Below are positions 1-13,488 of a stretch of 64,000 nucleotides of DNA, in pieces. The stretch is from Camelus ferus (lineage: Eukaryota). The notes under the pieces are model-generated. The model did no database searches and was not told where the DNA came from. It worked only from the letters and a program-made list of their open reading frames with translations. Numbering within the stretch: position 1 is the first letter of the stretch; every line of letters starts with the position of its first letter. The stretch spans positions 51,028,001 through 51,092,000 of the forward strand of contig NC_045707.1 in NCBI RefSeq assembly GCF_009834535.1. Direction: 5' to 3'. A program made the position numbers and the translations under genes.

Positions 1-2774
1 TAAAGTTATCTCTGGCTCCTGTTCATCCCTGATCCTATCCATATTAGACAGGAGCAATGGTGACTATAAAGCAAAAAAAATCTATCTTTGAAATGTATCT
101 GCATGCTTGCAGGCATTAAAGACTACCTCTGCTGTCCATCTATGTCCTAGCTCTAAACTACATGAGAGTCTCAAGAGTGTTTTTTGGTTTTTTTTTTCCT
201 TTTCTTCTTAAAGACCTAAGTAGGGACTCCCTGCTCTGTTCACACTTGCCTCTGCATGGAAACTCGAGCCTAAGTTTTTGTGTCTCAACATTCCACCTCT
301 GCCTCAAGGTAGCAAGTAAAATGTTGTCTGCCTCACAGAATCTGTCCTCTGAGCTACGCTTCAATTATCTTTGGCTATTTAACATCTTCAAAGACCTTCT
401 TCTCAATGAGTTTTCCTAGATATGATCCCACACATGTAAGCCAACTTAGAAGGAAGAAAACTAGGAAGAAAACTAAGGACAAAGAAATAATGATCAAAAG
501 AAAACACATCACAAAGAAGAGAGCACTATGCTGAGGAGATAACTATGAAAAGAACATATTTTACAGAATCGTAATATCTTTATTCCAGTCTCTGAAATCT
601 CCACAACCTGTCACAGTTACCCTGGTATATGCTGACCCTAGGGACAGCTATTCCAGGAAGGCAGTACCCTAGAAGACATGGCCTCCATGGTAATTAATGT
701 CCTTTCTTTATTTTTAGTAATTCTCTTTCAAGAACTTAGTTTTCCAGTCTAGCTGATAATCAATTGTTAACTCTTTCATAGGTCTTTACCCTTATGCAAT
801 TCTTCAGTTTTTCATTGTTCTTGGTGTTCAATTTTACTTGGGAAGAAATCTAATGACTTTGTGGATACCTGGAAGAAGAGTGCTTCTAAGCAGAGAGAAT
901 GGGAAGTTCAAAGGCCCTGGGGTGGGAGCTCAGCCAGAAAGCTGATTGAGATGGAGTGAAAAGGGCAGAGTGGTTAGAGGCAGGAGATTAATCCAGGAGA
1001 AGGATCATGTAGGACTATTTAAAGCATATTAATCAGACATTTTGTTTTTGTAGATTTTTTGAAAGAGGATGCAAAACTCAGAAAACATGAAAAAAATCCC
1101 TATGTTCCCTCCTGTTGAGCAATTTTATCAGTTCCAATCTGTCTTTGATTAATGTCAGACTGACTCCAGAAAAACATGTTGCTTTGAGAAAAATTTTTCT
1201 TGGATTATAAGGCATTGGGAATGTATTTAAATGTTTAAAAAGTATATATCAGTAGGTTTTATTTAATTTCATATAACAGGAAATCCAATCCAAAAGGTTT
1301 AAGAACAAAAGGAAAATAATTCTTTCAAGTATCTGAAAAATCCAGTTATTGGCTTCTACTGTGTCTTGACTGGGGACCAAATGATGTCACCCAGACCCAG
1401 ATTCTTTGTTTGATTCTGTTCATTCACCATGCTTTCTACTGTCAGATTCCCATGCCTTCTCTTTGGAGGTGGTTGCTGCTCTAACACCAGACTTACACTG
1501 TGTCTCAATCAAATCCAACAGAAAAAGAGCAAGAGATTTTGAGAAGTTCCAGCATCTTACCAATTCTGTCACATACAAAATCCTAAACTTAATGGTGATA
1601 GCCCAGGGGATGAAATACACTTATTTCTTTCAGTGTGCATCACTTTCTTCCCTCTAGTAGAGCATCCCTGAATGAATCCCCAGATGGCAGTACTAGAAAT
1701 AGGGTGAAATGATGTCAGACAGCTAACAAACACAACCAGGGAAATGTCCATTCATCTGCCTACCCCATCTTCTCATCCAATCACCTTCAAAAATATCTCT
1801 ATTGACATAATCAACTTATGTTATGTCCCAATGAAAACTCACTCTCCTCTACTTTCCCAAAGTCTTACTCATTTACAGAATACAGCTCAAAGTCCAAAGT
1901 ATCTGTTCAGTGAACAGTCCTCTTAGTCAGACAGCTCTCTAACTCCCCTTGACCCAGAGCACTAATGCTAAATAACAAGTTTAATAAATCCTCAAACACC
2001 ATTTTTTTTCTAGGCTGCTGTTGGGGAAGGGAAACAACACAAAGCAGTTGTCAGTACATAACTCACATCGTATCTTGCATGAAGAATAAGGTAAGGACCC
2101 CTCAGTACAGAAGTGAAATGTAGTTCCTTGGTCAACCAGTCTGGTGGTCTTAACTCTGCTCTCTGGAAGGATCTTTCTTCCACTGTCGAGAAGAAAATGG
2201 TTAATCACAGATTAACAGACTACTTTTTCCCTAGTGGGGATAACAGGGAAGAATGACTTTCACCAGATCTCCTTGCACACAGGAATTACCTAACTACACA
2301 ATGTTTTGGTAGGATATTTCTGACCCATCTGTTTTTCTTATTGTAGGCAACAAGATTTTTTGGATTTTATCTATATCTGGTATTTGCTTGTATCTTTTGA
2401 ATTATTAGTAAAGTTTGGTGTAAGGTAAGATCTACGATTTGTGTGGGTCTGCTTTGACAATCCAATCTATTGAGTTAACACAATTGTTTTCCATGACCAT
2501 ATCTGAGATGACCCCTGTAATTCTTTATCAGTGCACTTTGTTTAACTTCATTTGCTGGAGCCTGAGGATTTCTTCAAGGTTTGAGCAGTCCTCACCTCTT
2601 ATTTGTAAGGCTTGGGATTTCTCTAATAGCAAAACTTATTTAAACTCTAGATATACTTTTAATCTATTTCCATTCACTCTATATCATGGAGTAGTAAACA
2701 GAAATATCAATAAGTATCAATCTTTAAGTCTGGAAATCACCCTTGGATATTCTGTCTTCTAGAAATTTATCATG

Positions 2775-2956
2775 GCCCCTTGAATTTTATCCCCCTAAAA
2801 ATATGTTTAAGTTTTAATTCTTGGTACCTCAGAATGTGACCTTATTTGCAAATACAGTTGTTGCAGACATAATGAATTAAGATGAGGTTATATTAGAGTG
2901 GGACCTTAATCCAATATTATAGATTAAGAAGAGAATACACACACATACACAGAGAC

Positions 2957-3006
<50 letters not shown>

Positions 3007-3261
3007 GCCATGTGAATGGAGGCAGAGATTAAAGTGATACATCCACAAGCCAAAGAACATAAAAAGGATTGCCAACAACTGCCAGAAGCTAGGAGGAAGT
3101 TATGAAACAGATCTTCCTTCAGTGCTTCCAGAGGAATCAACACTGACAACACCTTCATTTCAAACTTCTAGTCTCTGGAACGGTGAGACAATACATTTCT
3201 GTTGTTTTAAGCCATTCAAGTTTGTGGTATCTTGTTACAGTAGCCTTAGGAAACTAATACA
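2775..3261 (+). mobile_element. MaLR solo LTR (MLT1B/C-like) with an internal (GA)n tract
   Basis: Contains CCTCAGAATGTGACCTTATTTG and ends TTGTTACAGTAGCCTTAGGAAACTAATACA. Confidence 0.8.
2963..3003 (+). repeat. (GA)n microsatellite
   Basis: About 20 GA units read directly. Confidence 0.95.
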
Positions 3262-4505
3262 GCCACCATGCACTGCCAATCTCTTTAGCCCTAAGCTGAA
3301 TGTCCTTTTTATTAGTATCTGTGCACCGTCTCAACAGGAGCAATTTGTACTCTTCTCAGCCCATGTCTGCTTAAATGCAAGAATGTGAATGGGACCTGAG
3401 ATACTGGATTATATCTTCTCATCTACCACCTTGCTAACTCTCCCACCTCTGATTTTGCTTGAATCAGTGTTAGTTTGAGGCAGAGAATTTGGCTTGCTAA
3501 CCCTTGCCAATCTTGCTACTGTAGTAGCAGCTATCTCAGACTTCAGACTGCAGGTAGAAAGGATGCCATACTAAAACAATACTCTGATTTGTTTGCTGAC
3601 AGAATGGATCCATCTTAAAACTTCCTCATTCTTGTTTGACCTTTGTAAAGTCTCTAACAAGTCAAATTTTTCAAAACAATGTCTCTCATCCTGTTGTTTT
3701 GTTCAGCACAAGGCACTCAGAACAGTTTAACCAGTCATCTTACACTTAAAACTGCTAACTTCCAAGACTTGGATTGAGTGGCCCACACTGCCCTTTACGA
3801 AGAGACCTCCTGAGCTTGGCCAGACTATATATAATCTAGTCCATGTTCAAAAGTTGGCACAACCACTCAGCTATGGCTCAAATGGCTTCCACTATGGGTC
3901 TCCAACAATATCACTGTGACCCAATTTCCTGCCCCAGTGACCTGCCTACTCTATCCTGGTTCCATTCTTACATAAAACCTCTCTTTATAGTGGTAAGATG
4001 ACTGCCACAAATACAAACTTACACTCTGTCTCATTTCAAGACAATGAAGTGTTAGCAAAATCATGGGTCATTTCACTGTTTTTGGTCAAGTTCCCATTCC
4101 TAAATGAATCACAGTAGATGGGTCAACATAACGTGCTGAATGACTTAGGCCTGTGTCATATGCTCCGGCTTCTACACCTCCAGCAACATGTAGGCTAATC
4201 ATGAATGAGTACTGAAGTCCCAAATGGCCATTTGGAGAAATGCAGTAATTGAAGCTGGACAGTCAGAAATGTGTACTACAAATAATAGAATTAAAATATT
4301 TTTATTGATTAGTATTTTTAAAATAATGAATAAACGAGAAAATAAAAATCACTGCACCAGAGATAAAATTTGCATTTGTATGTAAAGATACACAAATAAA
4401 GGCTATAGTATATCCATACGATGGACTACTACTTAGTAATCAAAAGAAATGAACTATTGATAATTGTACTAACAGGGATGAATCTCAAAATAATTATTCT
4501 GAGTG

Positions 4506-4855
4506 TGTCTTAGCTCAGGCTGCTGTAACAAAATGCCACAGACTGGGTGGCTTAAACAACACTCACTTCTGACAGTTTTGGAGTTTGAGAAGTCCAAGAT
4601 CAAAGTGCCAGCAGGTTTGGTTCCTGGTGAGAACCCTTTCCCTGGGCATGCAGATAGCCACATTTTTGCTGTGTTCTCATAGGGTGGGGGTCTCTCTTCC
4701 TCTTCCTATAAGGACACTAATCATATCATGGGGCTCCACTCTCATGATCTCATCTCAACCTAATTACCTCCCAAAGTCTCCACCTCCAAATACTATTACA
4801 TTGAGGATTAAGGCTACAACATATGATTTTGATGTGAACACATTCAGTTCATTGC
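4506..4855 (-). mobile_element. MaLR LTR (MLT1A-like) nested in an old L1 3' end (about 4410-5140)
   Basis: TGTCTTAGCTCAGGCTGCTGTAACAAAATGCCACAGACTGGGTGGCTTAAACAAC; the L1 3' UTR continues on both sides. Confidence 0.75.
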
Positions 4856-5279
4856 AGAGTGAAAGAAGTTAGACAAAATGTACGATTCCATTACACAAAA
4901 TTGTAGAAAAGGTAAACTACTCTACAGAGGCAGAAGGCAGATCAGTAGTTTAGGGACAGGGCTAGAAGGGAGGGGTGGAACTGGAAAGGGCATGAGGAAA
5001 TTGGAGAGGTGATAAATACGTTCACTATAACAACTGTGATTCTTTCGCAGGAGTGTTATATGTATCAAAACTTAAATTGTACATTTCAAGTATGAGTAGT
5101 TCATTGTATGCCAATTGTATCTCAAGAAAGTTGTTTTAAAAATATTCCATGATACATTCTTCCAGTCATTCTCTACAACTATTTCATATTTACTTAAAAA
5201 AGTAAACTGAGATTGAATGATTCTTTTATATTTCACCTACATTTTTATTGTATTTTCTATTCCCTCAAATACATCTTTT

Positions 5280-6600
5280 AATACTATTGAACTTTTCTGA
5301 AGTTCATTATACATCCAGAAAAAAGCATATATCTTGAATGAATTATCAAAAATTGAACCTGTGAAAATTCACCCAGATCAAGAAATAGAACAAAATCAAA
5401 ACATCAATACCCACCTCATGCTCCCTCCCAAAGAACACCCTATTTCCTTCCTTGAGATAACAATTATCATAAATTCATCTTGGCAGGTTCTGAACTTCAT
5501 ATAAACAGAATTATAGAGTAGTAACTTTTGTGTGTTTTGCTGCTTTTATCCAATATTTGTGTGATCCATCCATGTTGCTACATGTAGTAGTTCATGCATA
5601 TTCTGTGTATATATCATAACATTTCATTGTTTGACCATAACACAATTTAAATATCTTATCTACTTTTCATAAATATTGTGGTTATTTCTATGTTTAGACT
5701 CTAATAACCTTGCTAAGAATAAGCTTGCATCTGCATTTTAGTGTGTGTTTTTTTTTTTTTTTTTTTTTTGGTCTCTGCAACTCAGAGTGGGATTACTGGG
5801 TCATGACTATACGTCACGCTTTAAAAGTTCCGTTGGGCTCCTTTGCTCCTGCCTCAACCCTGTAGTTCTACACATCCACTATAGATGAATTTTGTCTGTC
5901 CTGGAATTTCATATAAATGAAATTGTATGTAATGTACTTTTGTGTATGGCTTTTTTTGCTCACAGATTCATCTGTGTAGTTGTATATGTCCGTTTTTTTT
6001 AATTGCTGAAGAATATTTCATTGTTTGAATGTATTACAACTTGTTTATCCATTTACCTGCTGATGAGCATCTGGGTTGTTTCTAGTTTTATGTTACTATG
6101 AATAAAGTTGCTACGAACATTTGCTTTATGGTCAAAGAACATCATCTTTTGGAATTTACGATGGTTTCCTTTGTGGCCTGATACATAGTCTACTTCTGTA
6201 AATATTCTGTATGTGCTAGGAAATAATGCATATTTTCTGTGTGTCAAGTGTGAAATTCTATATGATAGTTCAAACTTATTATTTAGGTCTTTATCTATTT
6301 TTTTCTCTGCTGCATCCATTTGTTTCTGAGTGCTTTGTTAAAATATCCAGCTACAATTTATCTATTTCCTTGTATTACTGTTTGCTGTTGCTTTTAGACT
6401 GTAATGTTAGAAGACATGCATATTTGTGATGGACATATTTTCTTGTTATAGTGTTACTTTTACCAGAATACACCATTCATTTTCACCTTATGCCTTTTTT
6501 CCCCTTTGGCCTTAAATTCTATTTTGTTGTGTTTTAAAATTGCTTCCCCAGCTTACTTTGGCTCATTTTTGCTGATAGAATTTTTGTCATGCTTTTATTG
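5280..6600 (-). mobile_element. Cluster of old L1 (L1ME/MC-like) fragments
   Basis: Degenerate L1 3' UTR and ORF2 motifs; ORF 6053..6319 is L1 endonuclease-like. Confidence 0.6.
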
Positions 6601-8823
6601 TTGGACTTTGTATTTATAATTCAATATAATTAAATATATACAACTTAGTTGAATATAATTAAAACATATTAAAATTCTTAAGTTTGTTTTGTTAGGTTCA
6701 GCCCATTTACATTCATTTTAATTATTGCTACATTAGCCCTTTAGTCTAGTATGTTTTGTATGGCATTTTCTATTTATTTGCCTTGTCCCCATTACTACAT
6801 TTCATTCAACAGAGTGAGTTTTCTTTTGGTGGATTACAAGTCATACATTCTTTGTGTATATTTGTAGTATTTATTTTAATCTAAGTCCAATAATCATATT
6901 TATTTACCCTATTGACGTCTTAACTTTGCCAATGTTCTGAATATTTAAGTAAATCATTAACAAGATCTCATGTCCTTTTGGAATCTCTCTTACCTCCCTT
7001 CCCTGCTTTAAGTTGGATATATTTTTTCTTCCTTCTTCTTTCTTAGAGTGAATTTATTATCCAGTAGGCATGAGGTCTGGAAGAGAGGATGCAGAAAATG
7101 ATGCCTATGGTTGGGATGTTCAGTAGACCACTGGATTCACAGGTCTGGAGCTTACAGACAATCTGGGCTGAAGATTTGAAATCACATATAGCTGAAACCA
7201 CTGCTTCAAGAAGAGGGGTGAAAAAAGGGTAAAATAGCAAACACTAGAATTTAAAGTATAGGCAGAGAAAAAGCCTGCAAATGACACTGTAGATTCACCT
7301 AAAGAAATGGTGACATACAGAGATCATTTATTTAAAATGTACACACTGTATCTACTGCCTAGGAATTAACTTTACAGATCCAATTCTGCTGACAGTCCAG
7401 TTATGCTGATTCCACTCCTAAAGGGCAGTATCTGGCCTGCCAGGGCCCATCAGAAACAAGACTCTGGTCAGAATTGGCCTTGTTGTGGTTGCAGATCTTC
7501 TTTGTGGCCTCTCTCAATTAGGAAGAATGGTGGAGAAACTCCGTACCACTCAAATAACTCCTACTACACTGCCTGCAACTTGACAAAGCAAGAGGTTCAC
7601 TTGAATTAACTGTTGAGATGGCCACCCATGACTCATACTTTAGTATGGGTTAATTTAATCAGACTATGTTCCTAATATCAGAAACTAAAGCCATGGGGGA
7701 AGGAAGGAGTAAAGACAATTTTAACCATGAAAATCTTTAAGAAAGGGCAAACTAGAATGGTTTGATGAAGGGTATCCTGCTCAAGGCAGAAACATGGAGG
7801 TAAACAGGTTCTTACAGAATATAATGCTACTTGATAGGAAATATGCTATCCATGACCACAGTCACAGAATTAATCAAGAAAGTAGGTTCCAAAGAACATT
7901 AATCTTCCTGAAATCAAGTCTTCAGAGGCTTTTGGGCATTAATATTTCATCTTATGCTACTTCCTGATGGCAGTGAAGAGCAAGACTGAGGTTGTACAAT
8001 TTTAAAGTGTCTTACTTTGAGTTATTTCAGTAACTTTATTAAATAAACTTATTCATACATTTAATATTTAATAAATAGATTTTATTTTAGGTTATTTATA
8101 TACTGGCTGGTTTAGATTGCTATGGAACAAGCATTAATATTAGATTTCTTATAATTTGTTTGCTGTCATGACTGTCATTTACCTCTACTAACATATATAT
8201 AGATGAAATAATATGCAAACACAAGCCTGAACCTTGCAATTACATTAATAATTAACATCTACTATTATGTGACAAGCACTGTCCTAAGCAATTCAAATAT
8301 ACTAATAAATATATTAATATAGTTAATATAAATATATATTATATATTTCCAGTGAATTTATTTAAAAAACCAATTTAGAAATGTCATAGAAGTAAAACTT
8401 CTGACATGTTCCTGAAACAGATGTTGACACCAGGATAAGTTAATAATTGCTTGTTAGGAAAGCTGTCCATAAATAAGGCTAGTCTTTAGTAGAATTAAAA
8501 ATATATTGCTTCTTTAGCTTTTCTAGTCTGACAGTGCAATATTATCAAACTACAAATATAACAGACAACATTGGATGGATCTATCAGTACCACTGGTTAC
8601 AGCTGTTAAGTTTCATTCTTGGCGACATAAAACCAATTAAGCCAATTGCATCAAATAAATCGTGGTTTTAAAATTAATCACAATTCACTGAGTAATGTTA
8701 ATTATGGTTCTTGTCAAATACATTTGGTAAAGGCTATTTATAGCATATATGGCTGCACATGCACTGTTTAGTTATAAAGATACTTGCCTGGTTTATTACA
8801 ATAGGATAGATACATACTGGCAA

Positions 8824-8824
<1 letters not shown>

Positions 8825-8899
<75 letters not shown>

Positions 8900-8930
8900 G
8901 TTTGTATGTATATGTGTATGTATATATCTC
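8825..8930 (+). repeat. Compound (TA)n(TG)n(TA)n microsatellite
   Basis: Read directly. Confidence 0.95.
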
Positions 8931-8954
8931 TCTCCTTTTAATAACTTCATGAGA

Positions 8955-9100
8955 AAAGTATTTTCTCCAACTAGCAGATGGGGAAACTGAGGACATATAG
9001 GTTAAACAACTTCTCCTAAGTTAAGCTAGCAAGGATGGTAGCAGGATTTGAATCCAGGCAGATTCATAACTTAAAACTCCTATTATTTCACTACACTGAC
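8955..9100 (-). mobile_element. MIR SINE fragment
   Basis: GATGGGGAAACTGAGG...GGTTAA...GGATTTGAATCCAGGCAG core. Confidence 0.7.
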
Positions 9101-10394
9101 TTACAACTGTGTATGTATATAAAATTCCACATTTGAGTTTGTCTCATTTTCTTAATAGAGTTTCTGTCACTCAGGGATTGGAAATATATCACTGTTGGGA
9201 AACAAGTTAACACATACCTTTCTCAGATCATTATTAATAAAACTACCTGCCAGCTCTTTTTTCTTTGTGGGGGCAGAAATTTCTTGATATGTCATTATAT
9301 TTTTCTTTTTAACACTAAAAGGCAATTCAGGTTAAAGTTTTAAAAAGTATCAATTTAATACTGAATATTTAGAAATATGGTACACAGACACCATAGTAAT
9401 ATAAAATGCACACAATTATAAACTATTCTATGAAAACTTAACATGGGTGGCTGACAGCTTCGAACAAACAAAACTTTGGACAAAGGTACCAGATATTTTT
9501 GAGGGTTCATTTTAAATACCATTTAGTCATGCAGACAATTAGGTTTTCTAAAAAAATAAATATGACAAATATATGGATTTCTGAAGTATAAACTGACATA
9601 CAAATCTATATATTTTCATAATATTTTTCATTAAAGCATCTTTAAGGAAGCATTCTATAACATGAAGTTGAGAGCTCAAATTACATGTAATGAAAGGCAT
9701 GAGGTTTTATTAGACTCGAGTAATTCACATATCAAGTATCTACATAAAAGTAAGCACAAAATTGCAAACATATTTGTTTTATCCTCCAAGTCATCAACTA
9801 CATAAAATTACTTACTGGAGTAATTATTATAAAATTCCCAATTCTGAATGTTAGTAAGGAAACATATATAGGAGCAATATTAAGAAAAACTCAATTCTTC
9901 CTTCTGAGAAGCAGTGAAGGAGTAACCTAATTGCTCCTTGGGGATTGTCAAAGCTTCCTAGAACTCCTAGGATATAGATTCTTTTGTAAAACAACATGAA
10001 CTAAAACTACATCCCTTCACCAGCATATAAACCAGTATATAAGCTTTCTTTTCCAAACTTACAGATGCTCACAATTCAGAAATACAGGCTAGCGAACTGG
10101 GCTAAAATGTCCTTACTCTCCATTTTCCCAAAATGACAGCTCCAAAGGGGAAAGAAAAAAAAAAAATCCATTACCTTTTTCACCTGAAGAGCTCGAATAA
10201 AACTTCTATTATGAGTTTAAAGAGAAGAAATAATCATCTTACACATAAGCAAGCTTGATAGAACTTAAGATGGAATCAATACTAGTTTTTAAAAGAGCAT
10301 ATTCCTTAATGGAAGTTAAAACATCAAAACTTTATTGGGTTATATCACTAATTTAAAAGTTAACACCTGAGAGAAGAGGATTTTTTGAACTAAT

Positions 10395-10555
10395 TTAGAG
10401 CAGTGGTCCTTCACCCTCACTACAAATTAGAATCACTGGGAGTTTTTGGAAAAACTGAAACATTGCTCTATCCTAAGACATTCAGATTTAATTGTTGGGA
10501 GGTGGGGTCCAGATGATTCTAAATATAAAATGAGGGTTGAGAAACATTGATTTGG
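10395..10555. mobile_element. MER5-like hAT-Charlie DNA transposon remnant
   Basis: CAGTGGTCCTTC...TTAGAATCAC...GATGATTCTAA...GGTTGAGAAACATTG. Confidence 0.6.
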
Positions 10556-12673
10556 AAACATTATTACTTACTCAGGGTGGATTTGATTTAAATAAATTAT
10601 TTAAAATTCAAATATATGAACATATTCTACATGATAGGCACTGTTCTAAATGCTAATATGGAGAAAATTCTTTTTTCTATAAAATCATTGGATAATATTA
10701 ATATATCTTTTACCTTTTGAATAGTTACACAATTAAAATACTACTCAAAGCATTTATTACGGTCTGCTGTCATGAAAGATTTCCTTCTACTTTTCTGAAC
10801 TATCCCCACTTGATATTATAACACACGAGATCAAACTCAAATTTTTTCTCAAGATATGTGCAGAGAACATAACAATAACATTTCATTTTTCAAGTTATAG
10901 TATATGAGGTATTCGCCACCTTGTATCTGGAGTCACAAAGCTATAATTTAAGAACTGAAATTAGATATTGCTTTAATGCTTATTAGAATCTCCTGAATCA
11001 AAAAATCAACTACCATTGGTATCAGTACTTACTTTATATTGCCTAAAAAATAATCTATGACAGAGCCTCAAAGAATCTAGTAAGAGTAAGTCTTCAATGC
11101 AGACCATGTTTCTTATTACTTACTTATAAAACAGTTCTTTTTAAAAAAATGTTATAGGAATACGGTTTTTGAAACATAATTAGAAATTATCTCAAAAGAA
11201 CAGAAATACAGTTTTTGAAATGACACATAATTAGAAATTAGTTACTACCCCAGGATGATAGCTTGGGCTTTAAACATTTTAAATCAAAGTTAACTTTATC
11301 AGGTTTTATAAAACGCATCTGAAATGTATTTTAACTCATGAAAAAAGTCATTTAAATTAATACGTCTGATTTATATCTACTCTTTAAATGAACAGTTTTC
11401 AGGTTTAAATCTGCTAAAACTTACAAATGACTTATTAATCTTATTCTAGGCTAATTATCTTTTTAATAGCTGAACAGATGACAATTTGGCTAAACATGTA
11501 TGTATATATGGACATATAGAAAAATGCAATAGCAATTTATTTTCCATACTTGATGGAATTGAAACAGCATTAAAATTTTTATGAAAGCTCAGTAGTCAAA
11601 ATAAATATTTAATAAAAATATACACCATAAGAAGATATCAAGAACTTAGTGTTTAAAAATAAACTTTGTCACATTGTTTTGCCTTCAGTCAAACAGAACT
11701 CAGTTTAAGTATCTAAGAATAATTAATGTGTGATTTTGGAAACTAAATTAAAATTCAAGTAACAGTAGAGAGATAACACCAAGATGAAAGAGAAACTGTT
11801 ATAACTCAAAAGTTTAATAAAGTTACAGTTACTGGGACTTCTCACTATGACTATGACCTTAAGAAACATGAATAATTTGGGAAATAAAAGTCTAGGATAG
11901 TCATGATTATGTAATTCATGCTGTGAAACTCTTCATTATGTAAAAAAAAATGAAAATACAGTATATATGAGCACCATTAGAAGTGTGTATATATATTTAA
12001 AACTTTACCTGATTAAAAACTGCATTTTTTGAGTGAAGTTAAGGACAAGCACAGTTACAAAAATACATTCTTAAACTAACATGTCACATGACTTATTTTG
12101 AAATGTTTCATCTGGCATTCCCTCTAAAAATAAAAAAAAAGAATACAACATAAAGAAAGCCAGTATTCTTTTGTAGTGCAAAGTCCCTTGGTTAAATAGA
12201 CGGTTACTGAAGAAAAAAGAATGTGTTTAGCAAGTGTTTTCAATCCATAGTTTAAGGAAAGTTTAAGGAAAAATGAAGCTAGCTAATAAATGTGAATTCA
12301 CACAATAAACCAGCACATGTTGGATGTGACCCTATGAAACTACCATTCAGGCCTCAGATTATTTTTAATTGAGAGTAGTCAATACTATTTTGCCAAAAGA
12401 ATCTTCCTTCTGTAAGACACAAATTTGCCACCTGTAATTTAATATTCCTGTTAGTCACCAAAACTCAGAAAACTACTCTCACATCTTATACAATACATAC
12501 CCTGGGGTAATGAAAGGGTCTTTAATGAAAATCTTATTTTGATCCTATGTAGAGGCAGTTCATGATAGACTGATTAAGTAGCCTTGGTATTTTTCAAAGC
12601 TCCCAGTATAAGTAATCACAGGATATAGAAGAATTTCTTTGAAACCACTGTCACATCATAAAGAGTAACACTA

Positions 12674-13488
12674 TTATTCACCATTTAAAATACGTTCAAT
12701 CTCTTCTAGTCTTTTTAAAGCAGCAACTCTTTTCTTCTCAATTTCTTTTATTTCTTTTATTGTTTTGTGGGGGACTTCTTTGTCTGTATTTTTTCCTAAT
12801 TGTTTGTTGGATTTATACTGACTTTTATTATCACTTGTTTTTACTATCTGTGTGGGTTTGGGTTCACTTTTGATTTCCTTTACATTTTCAGTTGGAATTT
12901 TGTCTCTTCCTACACCTGAAGTCTTACTAGCTGGGAATATTGGCTGTTCTACAAGACTAGATGAGGAAATTTTATCTCTGACTATATTCAAATGGCGTTG
13001 AATATATTCTTCATGTGGTGCTAATGCCAATGTTTCAACCAGGCATCTTTCAGCTTTTAGTAAGTCCTTCTCTTCAAAATAAACAACACAAAGATTGTGT
13101 TTGCCTTGCACATTGCTTGGATCCATCTCCAAAATCTTTTCAAAACATTTTTTTGCTCCAAGTATATCTTTCTTTTGATTCATCAGAATATCTCCCTTTA
13201 AAATGAGACCCTTGATATGATCAGGATAGTATCTGAGTAACTCTTCCAAAACTGGCAAAGCCATTAATTCCTTTGCAGTCTGAGAATACAGGAGAGCCAG
13301 ATTAAACAAAGCACTTCTGAAGTCAGCTTGTAATTTTATGGCTTTCTTCATCCACATCTCCGCTTCAGTGTCCTTTTTGTCATCCATAGCAAGCATCCCC
13401 AGATTGAAATAACCATTAGCATCCTGTGGCTCTTCATTTATATAGCTTAGAAGTCGTTTTCTAGCTTCAGGTCTGAGCTTAACCTCAC
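12674..13488 (-). CDS. TMTC3: TMTC3 exon 14, coding part ([13 protein letters not shown]...[10 protein letters not shown])
   Basis: TAG acceptor at 13490-13489. Open 815-nt frame ending TAA, followed directly by TAG. With exon 7 corrected the CDS is 2748 nt (915 aa). Confidence 0.97.

Larger units (their letters stand above)
8340..12673 (-). other. TMTC3: TMTC3 long AT-rich 3' UTR (distal end uncertain)
   Basis: Repeat-poor sequence after the stop codon. Candidate minus-strand AATAAA sites include 9706-9711, 8792-8797, 8357-8362 and 8035-8040. Confidence 0.5.

Noticed and set aside
158..7609. Short ORFs downstream of TMTC3
   Set aside because: No splice-consistent structure or recognisable homology; many overlap L1, L2 or MLT remnants.
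8749..8996. Three overlapping ORFs with YI/HT/CV repeats
   Set aside because: Translations of a dinucleotide microsatellite.
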